In this document: positions 47,793 through 56,752 of the stretch, one piece after another
Numbering within the stretch: position 1 is the first letter of the stretch
How the letters are laid out: the number at the start of each line of letters is the position of its first letter
From: Candidatus Undinarchaeota archaeon
GTDB taxonomy: Archaea; Undinarchaeota; Undinarchaeia; Undinarchaeales; UBA543
DNA length: 64,000 nucleotides
Assembly: GCA_964636545.1 (NCBI GenBank)
Contig: CAZWSR010000003.1
Span: forward strand, 1-64,000
Direction of reading: 5' to 3'
The notes under the pieces: model-generated
Seen by the model: the letters and a program-made list of their open reading frames with translations, nothing else
What the model was told of the DNA's origin: nothing
Database searches by the model: none
Program-made: the position numbers and the translations under genes

Positions 47793-48536
47793 CTATTTTT
47801 TGCCTTTTTTGACATTCCCTATTACTTTCAGAATGTATTCTTTTATTTTTTCAGGCTTTGGTGCGTGGAACTTTCCATTTATATCAATGTACACGATTTC
47901 AATGCTTCGTTCATTGAACCTTTCGTTTGTTCCTTTGTAAAGGGCTTTTAATCCCAGTTCTATAGCTTGTTCAAGCCCCATTTCCTCTTTATAACCTTTT
48001 TGGAGCAGTTCTTTTACTTTTTCAACGTTCTCACCAATGGCTGTAGCCTTATATTCCCAAAAAGAGCCACTTGGGTCAGTTTCAAAGAGTTTTGGAGAGC
48101 CATCAACACCTGCTAACAAAAGTGCAGTGCCGAATGGCCTCACGCCAGCGACTTGGGTGTGTAATTGCTTGTAGTCACAAATTTCTTTTGTAATTGAGTC
48201 AACTGCTATTGGTTCATCATAAGTTATTTTATGAGATTGTGCAATAACTCTTGCTTTGTCAATGATTCTTCTGCCATCTGCAACTAATCCAGATGTTGCA
48301 GCACCAACGTGCTCATCAATCTTGAATAGTTTTTCAACAGAATCAGCTACCATTAATTCCTCATTTACATTCTTGTCAGCAGCTAGAAGAACTCCGTCTT
48401 TGTAAACAATTCCAAGGGATACTGTCCCTTTTTTTACAGCTTCTCTTGCATATTCAACTTGGTAAAGTCGTCCTTGCGGAGAGAAAACCGTTATTGCGCG
48501 GTCATATCCCATCATTTGTGGGGGTTGCATTTCCAT
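47793..48536 (-). CDS. psmA: Proteasome alpha subunit
   Basis: GYDRAITVFSPQGRLYQVEYA, RPFG, TDPSG. Confidence 0.96.
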   Translation of the reverse strand: MEMQPPQMMGYDRAITVFSPQGRLYQVEYAREAVKKGTVSLGIVYKDGVLLAADKNVNEELMVADSVEKLFKIDEHVGAATSGLVADGRRIIDKARVIAQSHKITYDEPIAVDSITKEICDYKQLHTQVAGVRPFGTALLLAGVDGSPKLFETDPSGSFWEYKATAIGENVEKVKELLQKGYKEEMGLEQAIELGLKALYKGTNERFNERSIEIVYIDINGKFHAPKPEKIKEYILKVIGNVKKGKK

Positions 48537-48594
48537 TCTTTAATCACCTCATAATAATATCTGTGGATACTGGGGTAGTGGTATTTAAGGGTTG

Positions 48595-48933
48595 TTATAT
48601 GAATTTCACTTTTGCTTTCTTAATTGTCCCTGAAACTCCTTTCACTACAAAAGCTGCTTCAACATCTCCGATTTTCGTAATTGTAGTTACTGAAGCAACA
48701 ACTGTCTGAACTGCCTTGTGTGAACAGCGAACAATTCCCTTCTTTGTTTTAGCATCATATTCAATAAGCCAGACATTTGTTTTTGAAGCTCCAAATTCAC
48801 CAAACATTCGAAGTATTGAACCAGTAATTGCACGTACAACATCCTGCTCCTTGACACTGGTTTTTGATATCAGATCAAATACAATGTATCTCCAAGTTTC
48901 TTTCATTGTTGGTTTTACGCGAAATTTGGTCAT
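48595..48933 (-). CDS. rnp2: RNase P protein Pop5/Rpp14
   Basis: WRYIVF, FGEFG, GIVRC, GVSGTIKK. Confidence 0.9.
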   Translation of the reverse strand: MTKFRVKPTMKETWRYIVFDLISKTSVKEQDVVRAITGSILRMFGEFGASKTNVWLIEYDAKTKKGIVRCSHKAVQTVVASVTTITKIGDVEAAFVVKGVSGTIKKAKVKFI

Positions 48934-49595
48934 TTGATTTCAACTCCCTCTGAAACAATTTTTCCAGATAATTTCTTTCTGTTTGTTTCAACAATCTTTT
49001 TTGGAGTAGTGAATATTGCTTTTTTTGCTTCATCTTTTTTAAAACCAATTGCTTCTGCGAAAAGCTGAATTTGTTTTGGAGTTCTCATGTCATAAATTGT
49101 TTTGGCCCCAGTTGTTAGAACAATTGGTGTTTTGTATTTTCTTGCAAGACGAAGATTGAAATTCAATTTAGAAAGCAAGTTAGCACGCTTCATACCGTAA
49201 ACTTGGAGAATATCTCTCAAATTTACTTCAAGTGCAACATTATTTTTAGCAGCATCGCGTGCAGTTGTCTGGTCCACAAAAGCGTGTGAGATTATGTCAA
49301 CATCAGACATTTCAGCAGCAGCTCTTGCAACTGACACATCCTCAGCATCAACCATTACAACAACTGCTTGATTGCGGACTCGTTTGACTGTCTGCTTGAG
49401 CTCGTTTTCCCGTTTTGCTTTGATTTCAACAACTGGGATAAGATCAAGTTTAACTTGTTTCTCAATTTTATCAAAAACCCCACCATCAATTTTATTCTCA
49501 AAAACAACACCTAGACCCTTGATTCCAAAACCCTCTACTACAGTAGGTTTTTCCTTAAATAAAATCTTGTTGTGCAAGTCGTACATAATCAACAT
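48930..49595 (-). CDS. rnp3: RNase P protein Rpp30
   Basis: YDLH, VDII, NNVALEVN, ARKY, YDMRTP; start probably 49586. Confidence 0.85.
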   Translation of the reverse strand: MLIMYDLHNKILFKEKPTVVEGFGIKGLGVVFENKIDGGVFDKIEKQVKLDLIPVVEIKAKRENELKQTVKRVRNQAVVVMVDAEDVSVARAAAEMSDVDIISHAFVDQTTARDAAKNNVALEVNLRDILQVYGMKRANLLSKLNFNLRLARKYKTPIVLTTGAKTIYDMRTPKQIQLFAEAIGFKKDEAKKAIFTTPKKIVETNRKKLSGKIVSEGVEIK

Positions 49596-49610
49596 TTAGA
49601 ATGGCGCCTT

Positions 49611-50114
49611 TTATTTGTTTCTAAGGCCGCGAATCTTTTTAGCAGCACTTGTCAAACCACGGTTTGCTCTGTGAGTGTGCTGTTTTTCGCATATCCATTT
49701 CAAGTTCTTGTCATTCTGTATTTGTGGATGCATTGGGTCAACGATTATAACTTCATACCAAACTGATTTACTGTCAGTTCCAACCCAGTAAGAGTTCAGA
49801 ACTTCCATGTTTGGATATTTTCGCTGTACTCGCTCCTCAAGCATTAGGCGTTTGCTCTTTCCAGGAGTTACATGAACACCAAGTTTTGAAGGCTTTCTAC
49901 CTTTGTTTGGCCTTGGTCGTTTCCTGCCACCTGTTCGCATTTTTGCCCTAACCACAAATATCCCTTCTTTTGCCTTGTAACCAAGTGCTCGTGCACGGTT
50001 TATCCTAGTAGGTCTTTCAAGTCGTAGGAAAGATGGATCGCGTCTCCACTGAATAAAACGTTCCTTGTCTTTACTTTGTAGAAATGATTTGTTTAGATAT
50101 TTGTAATATCCCAT
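49611..50114 (-). CDS. rpl15e: 50S ribosomal protein eL15
   Basis: RPTRINRARALGYKAK, EVLNSYWV, RGLTSA; start taken at MGYYK. Confidence 0.96.
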   Translation of the reverse strand: MGYYKYLNKSFLQSKDKERFIQWRRDPSFLRLERPTRINRARALGYKAKEGIFVVRAKMRTGGRKRPRPNKGRKPSKLGVHVTPGKSKRLMLEERVQRKYPNMEVLNSYWVGTDSKSVWYEVIIVDPMHPQIQNDKNLKWICEKQHTHRANRGLTSAAKKIRGLRNK

Positions 50115-50124
50115 TTTATTATCC

Positions 50125-50189
50125 TCGTTTTTAGTTTTTGGTTCTTCGTTTTTCGTTACCAATAACTAATTACTAATAACGAAAGACGA
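50125..50189. repeat. Inverted heptamer element, TCGTTWT family, upstream of rpl15e
   Basis: tcgtttt tagtttt tggttct tcgtttt tcgttac | ataacta attacta ataacga aagacga. Confidence 0.8.
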
Positions 50190-50203
50190 ATTATCTATTT
50201 TCG

Positions 50204-50251
50204 CTCAAGCCAAAGCCATCAACGCAACGGACGTATCCGCAAATAGACTTG
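50204..50251 (-). promoter_or_regulatory. Candidate structured leader of rpl15e
   Basis: CAAGUC/GGCUUG outer stem enclosing GCGGA-UACG-UCCGU hairpin, just downstream of TTTAAA. Confidence 0.4.
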
Positions 50252-50292
50252 ATTTTATCAAACAGGTGGTTTAAAAAGGTTTGTATTGATTA

Positions 50293-50670
50293 CTATGCAG
50301 AAGCTGGTTCTGCAGGAGTTTCGGGTTCAGGTTTTTCAATTGGTTCTGGTGTTGGCTCTGGTTCAGCCACAGGTTCTGGTGTCGATTCCTCTTTCTTAGC
50401 TTCCTGTATTTCAACTTCCTTAAAACTTTCCTCAATTTTTGGTTCCTTTAATTTCTCTCCACAGAATGGACATTTTTTATGAATGTGCCTAATCACAAGA
50501 TCCTCTATTTTTTCTTCGGCTTTCTTTACATCATCACGATCATTAGTGTCAACAGCAATCATTAGTTCCATAACAGCGTGATTACAGGAATTACAAGATG
50601 CTTTCAAAATATCATATCCTTTCTTGTTATCTTCAGGGTGTTCCTTTTTTCCGAAAAATTTTAGATTCAT
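50293..50670 (-). CDS. Hypothetical protein, CxxC...CxxC with Pro/Glu-rich tail
   Basis: CNSC, CPFC; EPEPTPEP. Confidence 0.7.
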   Translation of the reverse strand: MNLKFFGKKEHPEDNKKGYDILKASCNSCNHAVMELMIAVDTNDRDDVKKAEEKIEDLVIRHIHKKCPFCGEKLKEPKIEESFKEVEIQEAKKEESTPEPVAEPEPTPEPIEKPEPETPAEPASA

Positions 50671-50726
50671 GACATTGCTTTGTAAAGTATTCTATAAAAA
50701 GTTTTCCTCCAATCAACTACACAAAC

Positions 50727-50758
50727 GACCTACTACCTCCTACCTACTACCCACTACC
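50727..50758. repeat. Heptamer array (reverse-complement GGYAGTR family)
   Basis: gacctac tacctcc tacctac tacccac tacc. Confidence 0.8.
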
Positions 50759-50784
50759 TTATTAAAAAACTCCGCCTAATAACT

Positions 50785-51423
50785 TTACATCCACTTCTTT
50801 TCCCATTGGTCAAATGACTCTCCGCTAATTTCAATATCGTTTTTTCTATTGTGTTTTACTTCCTTGAATTTCTTATAGAAATAAATTCCAAAACCAATTC
50901 CAATAAACAATCCAGCAAGATGAGCGGCATTCGCTGTCCCACTTGGCACAAACAATCCTATAAAATCACCGAAAGCCCAGAATGCTGCAGCAACTGCCAT
51001 TGGCATTGGAAAACCAGTAACCCATACGGTCATTTTTGGCCTGAGAATTGCAAGTGCACCTAGGATTCCGAAAATTGCCCCAGAAGCTCCGAGAACTGCG
51101 CCGTAAAAAGGAATGGAAATAAATGCAGATGCTAGCCCTGCAGCAGCGTATAGTATAAGAAAATTTTTACTGCCTATAACTTTTTCTAGTATGGGACCGA
51201 AGATTAGAAGCGCGAACATATTATAAAGTAAATGTGAAAAACCGCCATGCATGAACGCATGTGTCACAATTGTCCAAGGCCGGAAGACTGCATAATCAGA
51301 GACCAGTACAAAATAATTTTGGAGATCTCCAATAATAAATTGTATTACAAAAACTCCCATACAGATTAGAGCAATGCGTATTGACCACCAAGAGGATTTT
51401 TTTTTAATCATATTATGAACCAC
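50785..51423 (-). CDS. Rhomboid intramembrane serine protease
   Basis: PWTIVTHAFMH, HLLYNM, GASGA, AHLAG. Confidence 0.92.
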   Translation of the reverse strand: MVHNMIKKKSSWWSIRIALICMGVFVIQFIIGDLQNYFVLVSDYAVFRPWTIVTHAFMHGGFSHLLYNMFALLIFGPILEKVIGSKNFLILYAAAGLASAFISIPFYGAVLGASGAIFGILGALAILRPKMTVWVTGFPMPMAVAAAFWAFGDFIGLFVPSGTANAAHLAGLFIGIGFGIYFYKKFKEVKHNRKNDIEISGESFDQWEKKWM

Positions 51424-51983
51424 ATAACAATTGAAACTGCAAGAGGAATTGTGAAATTATCATCAAGTCGGATTGGGAGAGACTCAACAATCATTCCGAC
51501 AACCGCGGCAATGATTGCTAATGGAAGTGAAGTAATAATTAAACAAGCAATAAACGATGTCAAGAGACCAGCTATAGAACCTTCCCATGTTTTTTGTCGA
51601 TTAAAGGAAATTTTGTGTTTTCCAAAATGTACTCCGATTAATGTAGAAAAAGAATCACCAACAGCTAACACAAGCATTGCTATTCTGAAAACAGCAGGTC
51701 CGAAAACAAGCAGGGAAATAAAACCACTGAAAAAAATAGTTGTGATCCCAATATAAATTCCAAGTCGGCGCTCTTCAGCTCTGGCAAAACTATGGCAATA
51801 ATCAAGAACTCTTTTGAGAAAACCTAATCTGTGTGAAAGTGGACGGAAAAAGCACAATGTAGAGCCAACAACAAATCCTAGAATTAAAAATAATAAAAGA
51901 AATACTTTTGGAATAAAATAGCTTGCAATCACCATTATCATTCCAAATAAGTGAAAGAGCTGTCGTTTAAATTCCAAAGTCAT
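51408..51983 (-). CDS. Dolichol/phytol kinase-like (SEC59/CTP-transferase family) membrane protein
   Basis: RQLFH, GDSFSTLIG, KTWEGS, DDNFTIP; start taken at MTLEF. Confidence 0.85.
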   Translation of the reverse strand: MTLEFKRQLFHLFGMIMVIASYFIPKVFLLLFLILGFVVGSTLCFFRPLSHRLGFLKRVLDYCHSFARAEERRLGIYIGITTIFFSGFISLLVFGPAVFRIAMLVLAVGDSFSTLIGVHFGKHKISFNRQKTWEGSIAGLLTSFIACLIITSLPLAIIAAVVGMIVESLPIRLDDNFTIPLAVSIVMWFII

Positions 51984-52073
51984 GGCCAGAAATTGAATCA
52001 GTGAGTTTAAATAAATTATTATTGCAAAAATAGCGATAACTATAAAAGCCACCAAAATATAGGGTGAAACATT

Positions 52074-53111
52074 GTGAGGCTAGACGAAAAGATTTTAGAT
52101 TATATTAAGAGAACTGGACCATGCACTCCGATTGAGGTAGCGCAGCGTGTTGGTTCTGATTCCTTGATTGTTGCAGCAGTTTTAGTTGATGCAGTTAGCC
52201 AGAAGAAAATAAAACGCTCAAAAAGAAAAGCTGGTGGAAGCCATCGTTATTATTACTATCAAGAACAACTTTCAATGCTCCAGAAAAGAATCAACAGCGT
52301 CCTGACACCGCAGGACAAAGAGATGGTGCAGAAAATTCTGGACAAGAAAATGTTCAGTGAATTAGAAGTAGAACCGCAAGAAGTCAGCATACTTTCAGGT
52401 CTAGAAGACCTTATCACAGGATTTACATTTGAATATGACAATCACCTTATACGAGGATGGTGCGCACCAAATATTCCTGAAGAAAAAGCTCGAGAAGATG
52501 TTTTGAAAAAATTGCAGAAGAAATTACAAAAAGAGGCTGCAAAAGAAGAAGCCGCAAAAGAAGAAGAAGCTCCAGCTCCTAAACAAGAAGAACCTAAAGC
52601 TGCAGAACCTGAAGAACCTAAAAAAAAACCTCAACCAGAAGAAAAAAAGGAAAAAGAGCAAGAAAAGCCAACAAGCCAAAGCAAAGAAAGTCCAAAAAAA
52701 GAAAAAAAGGACGAGGAAAGTAAGGAAGACATCAAAGAGCAAATAAGAAAAGAAGTTCTGGCAGAAGTTAAGGGAAGTTTTGTTGATAATATTATACAAG
52801 CACTTGAAAAGCAAGAAATCGATCTCACAGACCAGCGAGTTGTGAAAAAAGACAAGGAATATGAAATGATAATTTCTGTTCCAACAAAACTAGGCATAAC
52901 CCAGAGATATCTTGTAAGAATTTTTGACCATGGCAAGAAAAAGATTGGTTCAAAAGACATTTTCAGTTTAGGAATGGATGCGATTTCAAGAAAGATTCCT
53001 GCAATAGCAGTAAGCTCAACAGGATTTGCAAAAACCGCTATTAAGAAATGGAAAGAAGAATTGCAAGACATGATGCTGCTGATGACTGAGGACGATTTAT
53101 CGGACATTTAA
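52074..53111 (+). CDS. Hypothetical protein: wHTH-like N-term, charged linker, nuclease-like C-term
   Basis: ILDYIKRTGPCTPIEVA; C-term AIAVSSTGFAKTA resembles Mrr-type fold end. Confidence 0.65.
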   Translation: MRLDEKILDYIKRTGPCTPIEVAQRVGSDSLIVAAVLVDAVSQKKIKRSKRKAGGSHRYYYYQEQLSMLQKRINSVLTPQDKEMVQKILDKKMFSELEVEPQEVSILSGLEDLITGFTFEYDNHLIRGWCAPNIPEEKAREDVLKKLQKKLQKEAAKEEAAKEEEAPAPKQEEPKAAEPEEPKKKPQPEEKKEKEQEKPTSQSKESPKKEKKDEESKEDIKEQIRKEVLAEVKGSFVDNIIQALEKQEIDLTDQRVVKKDKEYEMIISVPTKLGITQRYLVRIFDHGKKKIGSKDIFSLGMDAISRKIPAIAVSSTGFAKTAIKKWKEELQDMMLLMTEDDLSDI

Positions 53112-53663
53112 ATGAAAATTTTCTACAAAGACATTGAATTGGATATTTTAGATCAGGTTTATGAGCCACGAGAGGATTCAATATTGTTAGCTGACCAGTT
53201 GAATGTTAAAAAAGGAATGAATGTTTTAGATATTGGAACTGGGTGCGGGATTCAGGCAATTGTTTCTGCAAAACAAGGAGCAAGTGTGGTTGCAACTGAT
53301 ATTAATCCAAATGCAATTGAATGTGCAAAGCAGAATGCGGAAAAGAATAATGTTGAGATTGAGTTTCGACAGGGAGACTTATTTGAGCCAATTACTGAAA
53401 AATTTGATTTGATTATTTTCAATGCACCTTATTTGAAAGAAGAAAGTGCACCAGCTGAAAAACAACCAATTGATGATAGTTATGCAGGTGCTGGAAAGAT
53501 CAATGAATTTCTTGAACAATATAAAAATTATTTAAAACCAGATGGAAGCGCACTATTAGTTTACAGTTCACTTTCTGGAATTGAAGTAACTGGAGAAATA
53601 ATTGCCACTAAGAAAGTAGCTTTTGAAGAAATTTTTGTTATTAAATTAAATGCACGGAATTGA
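53112..53663 (+). CDS. prmC: HemK/PrmC-like N5-glutamine methyltransferase
   Basis: VYEPREDS, LDIGTGCG, DINP, FNAPY. Confidence 0.88.
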   Translation: MKIFYKDIELDILDQVYEPREDSILLADQLNVKKGMNVLDIGTGCGIQAIVSAKQGASVVATDINPNAIECAKQNAEKNNVEIEFRQGDLFEPITEKFDLIIFNAPYLKEESAPAEKQPIDDSYAGAGKINEFLEQYKNYLKPDGSALLVYSSLSGIEVTGEIIATKKVAFEEIFVIKLNARN

Positions 53664-53822
53664 ACCACGGCAGAAAAACAAGAAAATTATAATAACAACA
53701 ATGATACCAATTATTGCACCAACACCCATACCTTTCTCGCTTCTAATTTTGTAAATTGCGTCCTTTAGAGACATTTCAGTACGATTATCACAAATACCGT
53801 TGATTGTGTCACTAATGTCCAT
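53646..53822 (-). CDS. Small membrane peptide with class-III-signal-like motif (58 aa, not in ORF track)
   Basis: MDISD...RSEKG-MGVGAIIGIIVVIIIFLFFCRGSIPCI; TTAAATA about 25 nt upstream. Confidence 0.5.
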   Translation of the reverse strand: MDISDTINGICDNRTEMSLKDAIYKIRSEKGMGVGAIIGIIVVIIIFLFFCRGSIPCI

Positions 53823-53863
53823 AGTTAGAATAAGGATATTGCACTATTTAAGTGTTTTTTTTA

Positions 53864-53932
53864 GGAATTTAGATTTTAGAATTTGGAATTTAGAATCAAT
53901 TCTAAACCCCAAAATCAAAACTCCAAGCTCTA
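53864..53932. repeat. Inverted heptamer element, RGAATTT family
   Basis: ggaattt agatttt agaattt ggaattt agaat-c-aattcta aacccca aaatcaa aactcca agctcta. Confidence 0.8.
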
Positions 53933-53933
53933 T

Positions 53934-54497
53934 TCACAGAAGCACGAAAATCAGTTTGACTATTACTGAAACCCCAAGAGAAAGTGAAAGAAGAATAGAT
54001 AAGAAAATTAGGAAAAGACTAGCCCCGTTTGAGAATGTTTTGAATGATTTAGAATTTCTACCTAAGTGAAAAATCAGAAAAACAATTGGTGCTATCAAGA
54101 AACTAAGAAGCGAGTTCCAGTTTGGAATAGTTGCAACAACTGTTCCGCTTGCGAAAACTTTAGAGAAAACAAAAAAGAAACTGGTTGCAATTGCTGAGCC
54201 AGCAAGATAGCCAGAGAAAAACCGAATTGTGTTATTACTTTCTCTCAATTTAAACAACTGAGTAAATCCGTCAATAGCAACTGGAAGGATCATTAAACCG
54301 ATTAGCCAGATTGAGAATGAAACACTTGAAAGTCCATAAAAGATAAACAGCCAGATCAGAGTAAACAAAAACCCATACTGATTTCCAGTGCATCTTGAGC
54401 ATAAAACCGAGAAGCTGTCAGCAAGTTTGAAACAGCGGTTCTTTTTCTGGTGGCAAGCAAATCGTAAAATTATTCTGAACAATTCAAGGTTGTTCAT
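53934..54497 (-). CDS. DUF2085-like membrane protein
   Basis: CHQ..R.F, CSRCTG, DGFTQ, RESNNTIRFFSG. Confidence 0.8.
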   Translation of the reverse strand: MNNLELFRIILRFACHQKKNRCFKLADSFSVLCSRCTGNQYGFLFTLIWLFIFYGLSSVSFSIWLIGLMILPVAIDGFTQLFKLRESNNTIRFFSGYLAGSAIATSFFFVFSKVFASGTVVATIPNWNSLLSFLIAPIVFLIFHLGRNSKSFKTFSNGASLFLIFLSILLSLSLGVSVIVKLIFVLL

Positions 54498-55573
54498 TCT
54501 TTCTCCAAAATCAAACCAAGAACATCTCCGTCCTTGACTTTATGTTTTAGATGAACTTTTTGAGCATCAAACTTGGCACTTGGACCCCAGACCTCAGCAT
54601 ATCGGAATCGCTTGAGAAATGATTTGTGCAATTGTTTGCAAACATCTTCAATAGTTGAACCTTTTTTGATAATCAGCGGCTCTTCTAAATCAGCTTTCTT
54701 TCCTTGTTTTTTCATGAAAACCCTAATGAAATTTAGTTTTTTGAAAATCATTTCCCTGAGCTTGTCAATATTTACACCTTTGTCAGCTGAAATTGTCAAA
54801 TCGTGTTTTACTTTTGGAACAATTTCAACTGCATCAATTTTATTTAGAATCCGCAATGCAGGAACATATTTCCGGTTTCCAATAACTGCATCAAGGAAAT
54901 CATCAAAAGTCAGTTTTCCGCGAGCTGAAACATGAACATTAAGATAGCCAAATTCAGTAAGAACATCCTTTATTGATTGATTGTCAAGTTTAACTGCGCT
55001 GGACTTGTCAATTGTAATTCCACCATACATCTTTTTCTTAACTGCAACTGCTGGCTCTGGCTGATCTAATCTGAAATTTGCATCATACAACTCCTTTTCC
55101 ATTTCAGCAAGTTGTTTTGGTTTGGTTGCATCAATTAAAAGAACAACCAAATCTGCGTTTCTGATAACTGAAAGCACTTCCTTACCACGCCCTTTTCCTC
55201 CAGCAGCTCCTGAAACAAGTCCTGGAACATCAAAAATCTGGAGTTTAGAATGATTGTAATTCATCATACCTGGAACAACATTGAGAGTTGTGAATTCGTA
55301 GGCGCCAACTGGAGATTCTGCATTTGTGAGCTGATTAAGAAGAGTTGACTTTCCAACAGACGGGAAGCCGACCAGAATCACAGTAGCGTCGCCTGTTTTC
55401 CTTAAACCATAACCAAGACCCTGCGCCTTTCCAACACTTGCTGATTTTACTAATTGCTCTTTTAATCTAGCGAGTTTTGCTTTAATTTTCCCAATATGGT
55501 GCTGAGTAGCTTTGTTGTACTTGGTTGTTACAAGTTCTTCTTCAAGTTCTTTGATTTCGTCTTCAATTGCCAT
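54494..55573 (-). CDS. drg: DRG-family GTPase with TGS domain
   Basis: KYNKATQHHIG, GFPSVGKST, YEFTT, DVPG, NKID; start taken at MAIED. Confidence 0.93.
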   Translation of the reverse strand: MAIEDEIKELEEELVTTKYNKATQHHIGKIKAKLARLKEQLVKSASVGKAQGLGYGLRKTGDATVILVGFPSVGKSTLLNQLTNAESPVGAYEFTTLNVVPGMMNYNHSKLQIFDVPGLVSGAAGGKGRGKEVLSVIRNADLVVLLIDATKPKQLAEMEKELYDANFRLDQPEPAVAVKKKMYGGITIDKSSAVKLDNQSIKDVLTEFGYLNVHVSARGKLTFDDFLDAVIGNRKYVPALRILNKIDAVEIVPKVKHDLTISADKGVNIDKLREMIFKKLNFIRVFMKKQGKKADLEEPLIIKKGSTIEDVCKQLHKSFLKRFRYAEVWGPSAKFDAQKVHLKHKVKDGDVLGLILEKE

Positions 55574-55625
55574 ATAATAAAATATAAAAAGGTAGATATG
55601 ATATAAAGATACTGGTAAGGTAAAA

Positions 55626-55873
55626 ATGGTAAGAAAAGGAAAAAGAGCAAAAGATAACAACAGCAAGAAAGAAAAAAAGAAAAACTTTGCAACAATTAAT
55701 TGTAGAATCTGCGGAGCATTTGCAGGGCAATTTGAATATACTGAGAAAGTAGATTATCAGCGAAAAGTAAAAAAGGAGTTAGGAAACACGCAGTGGCGAA
55801 ATGTGAAAAATGTAAGAATGATAAAGAATTTGTAATAGTTGTGAAAGGAAAAACAAGAGATATAATAAAATAG
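55626..55873 (+). CDS. Small zinc-ribbon-like protein split by a -1 frame change
   Basis: CRIC in frame 0 (stop 55835), CEKC in -1 frame (stop 55873), A_AAA_AAG between them. Confidence 0.4.
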
Positions 55874-55951
55874 ACAGAAAGGTTGTTATATTATAAAGAT
55901 ATTTGGTAGCTGACCCAAAACTAATTTAAACCAAACAATTAACTCTAAATT

Positions 55952-56752
55952 ATGAAAAATCAGGAATGGCTAGCAACCTGCCAAGCAATCGGCGATGAGG
56001 CATCAAGAGAGGTTATGCATTATTACAAACGCAATACAGGGACTGAGGAGATTGGACGAGGTTATGGCGGAGATATGACAATGCAGGTTGACAAGATTGC
56101 TGAGGACATTATTATCAAACACCTGAAAAAAACAAATGAAAACATCAAATTAACCACAGAAGAAGCAGGAGTTGTGAAAATCGGGAAAGGTGAACCAGAT
56201 TATTTAGTATTTGCAGATCCGCTGGACGGCTCATTCAATTTCAAAATGGGAATTGGTTATTTTGGAACTTCAATCGCCGTTCTAGATGCAAAAAAGAATA
56301 TTGATGTTGTTGGCTACACTAAAAATTTTGTAAGCAAATCAGAATATTATGCAATGCTTGGCAAAGGTGCTTTCAAAAATGGAGACAGAGTTTACACAAG
56401 CAAGAAAGAAACACCTGAAAACGTTATGCTGGAATGCTCGTATGGTGCAAATTTTGATAGTATTAAAAAAATCACAGATGTTTTTCACACAGCACGACAC
56501 TCCAGAATGGCTGGAGCAGTTGCAATTGATTACTGCAAAGTTGCAAGTGGCGGATTTGATGCTTTGATTTACGCTGGATCAAAAAGATATTTAGATGTTG
56601 TTGCAGGAAATTTCATTATCAAGGAAGCAGGTGGAGTGATTACTGACTTTACTGGCAATGAAACAATTTACAAAGGAAATGAGCTTCTTGCAAGTGATTT
56701 GCTGGTTTGCGGAAACACGAAAATTCGAGATTATATTTTGGGGAAGAAATGA
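55952..56752 (+). CDS. suhB: Inositol monophosphatase / FBPase family
   Basis: TEEAG, DPLDGS, KGAFKNG, DVVAG..I.KEAGG. Confidence 0.88.
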   Translation: MKNQEWLATCQAIGDEASREVMHYYKRNTGTEEIGRGYGGDMTMQVDKIAEDIIIKHLKKTNENIKLTTEEAGVVKIGKGEPDYLVFADPLDGSFNFKMGIGYFGTSIAVLDAKKNIDVVGYTKNFVSKSEYYAMLGKGAFKNGDRVYTSKKETPENVMLECSYGANFDSIKKITDVFHTARHSRMAGAVAIDYCKVASGGFDALIYAGSKRYLDVVAGNFIIKEAGGVITDFTGNETIYKGNELLASDLLVCGNTKIRDYILGKK

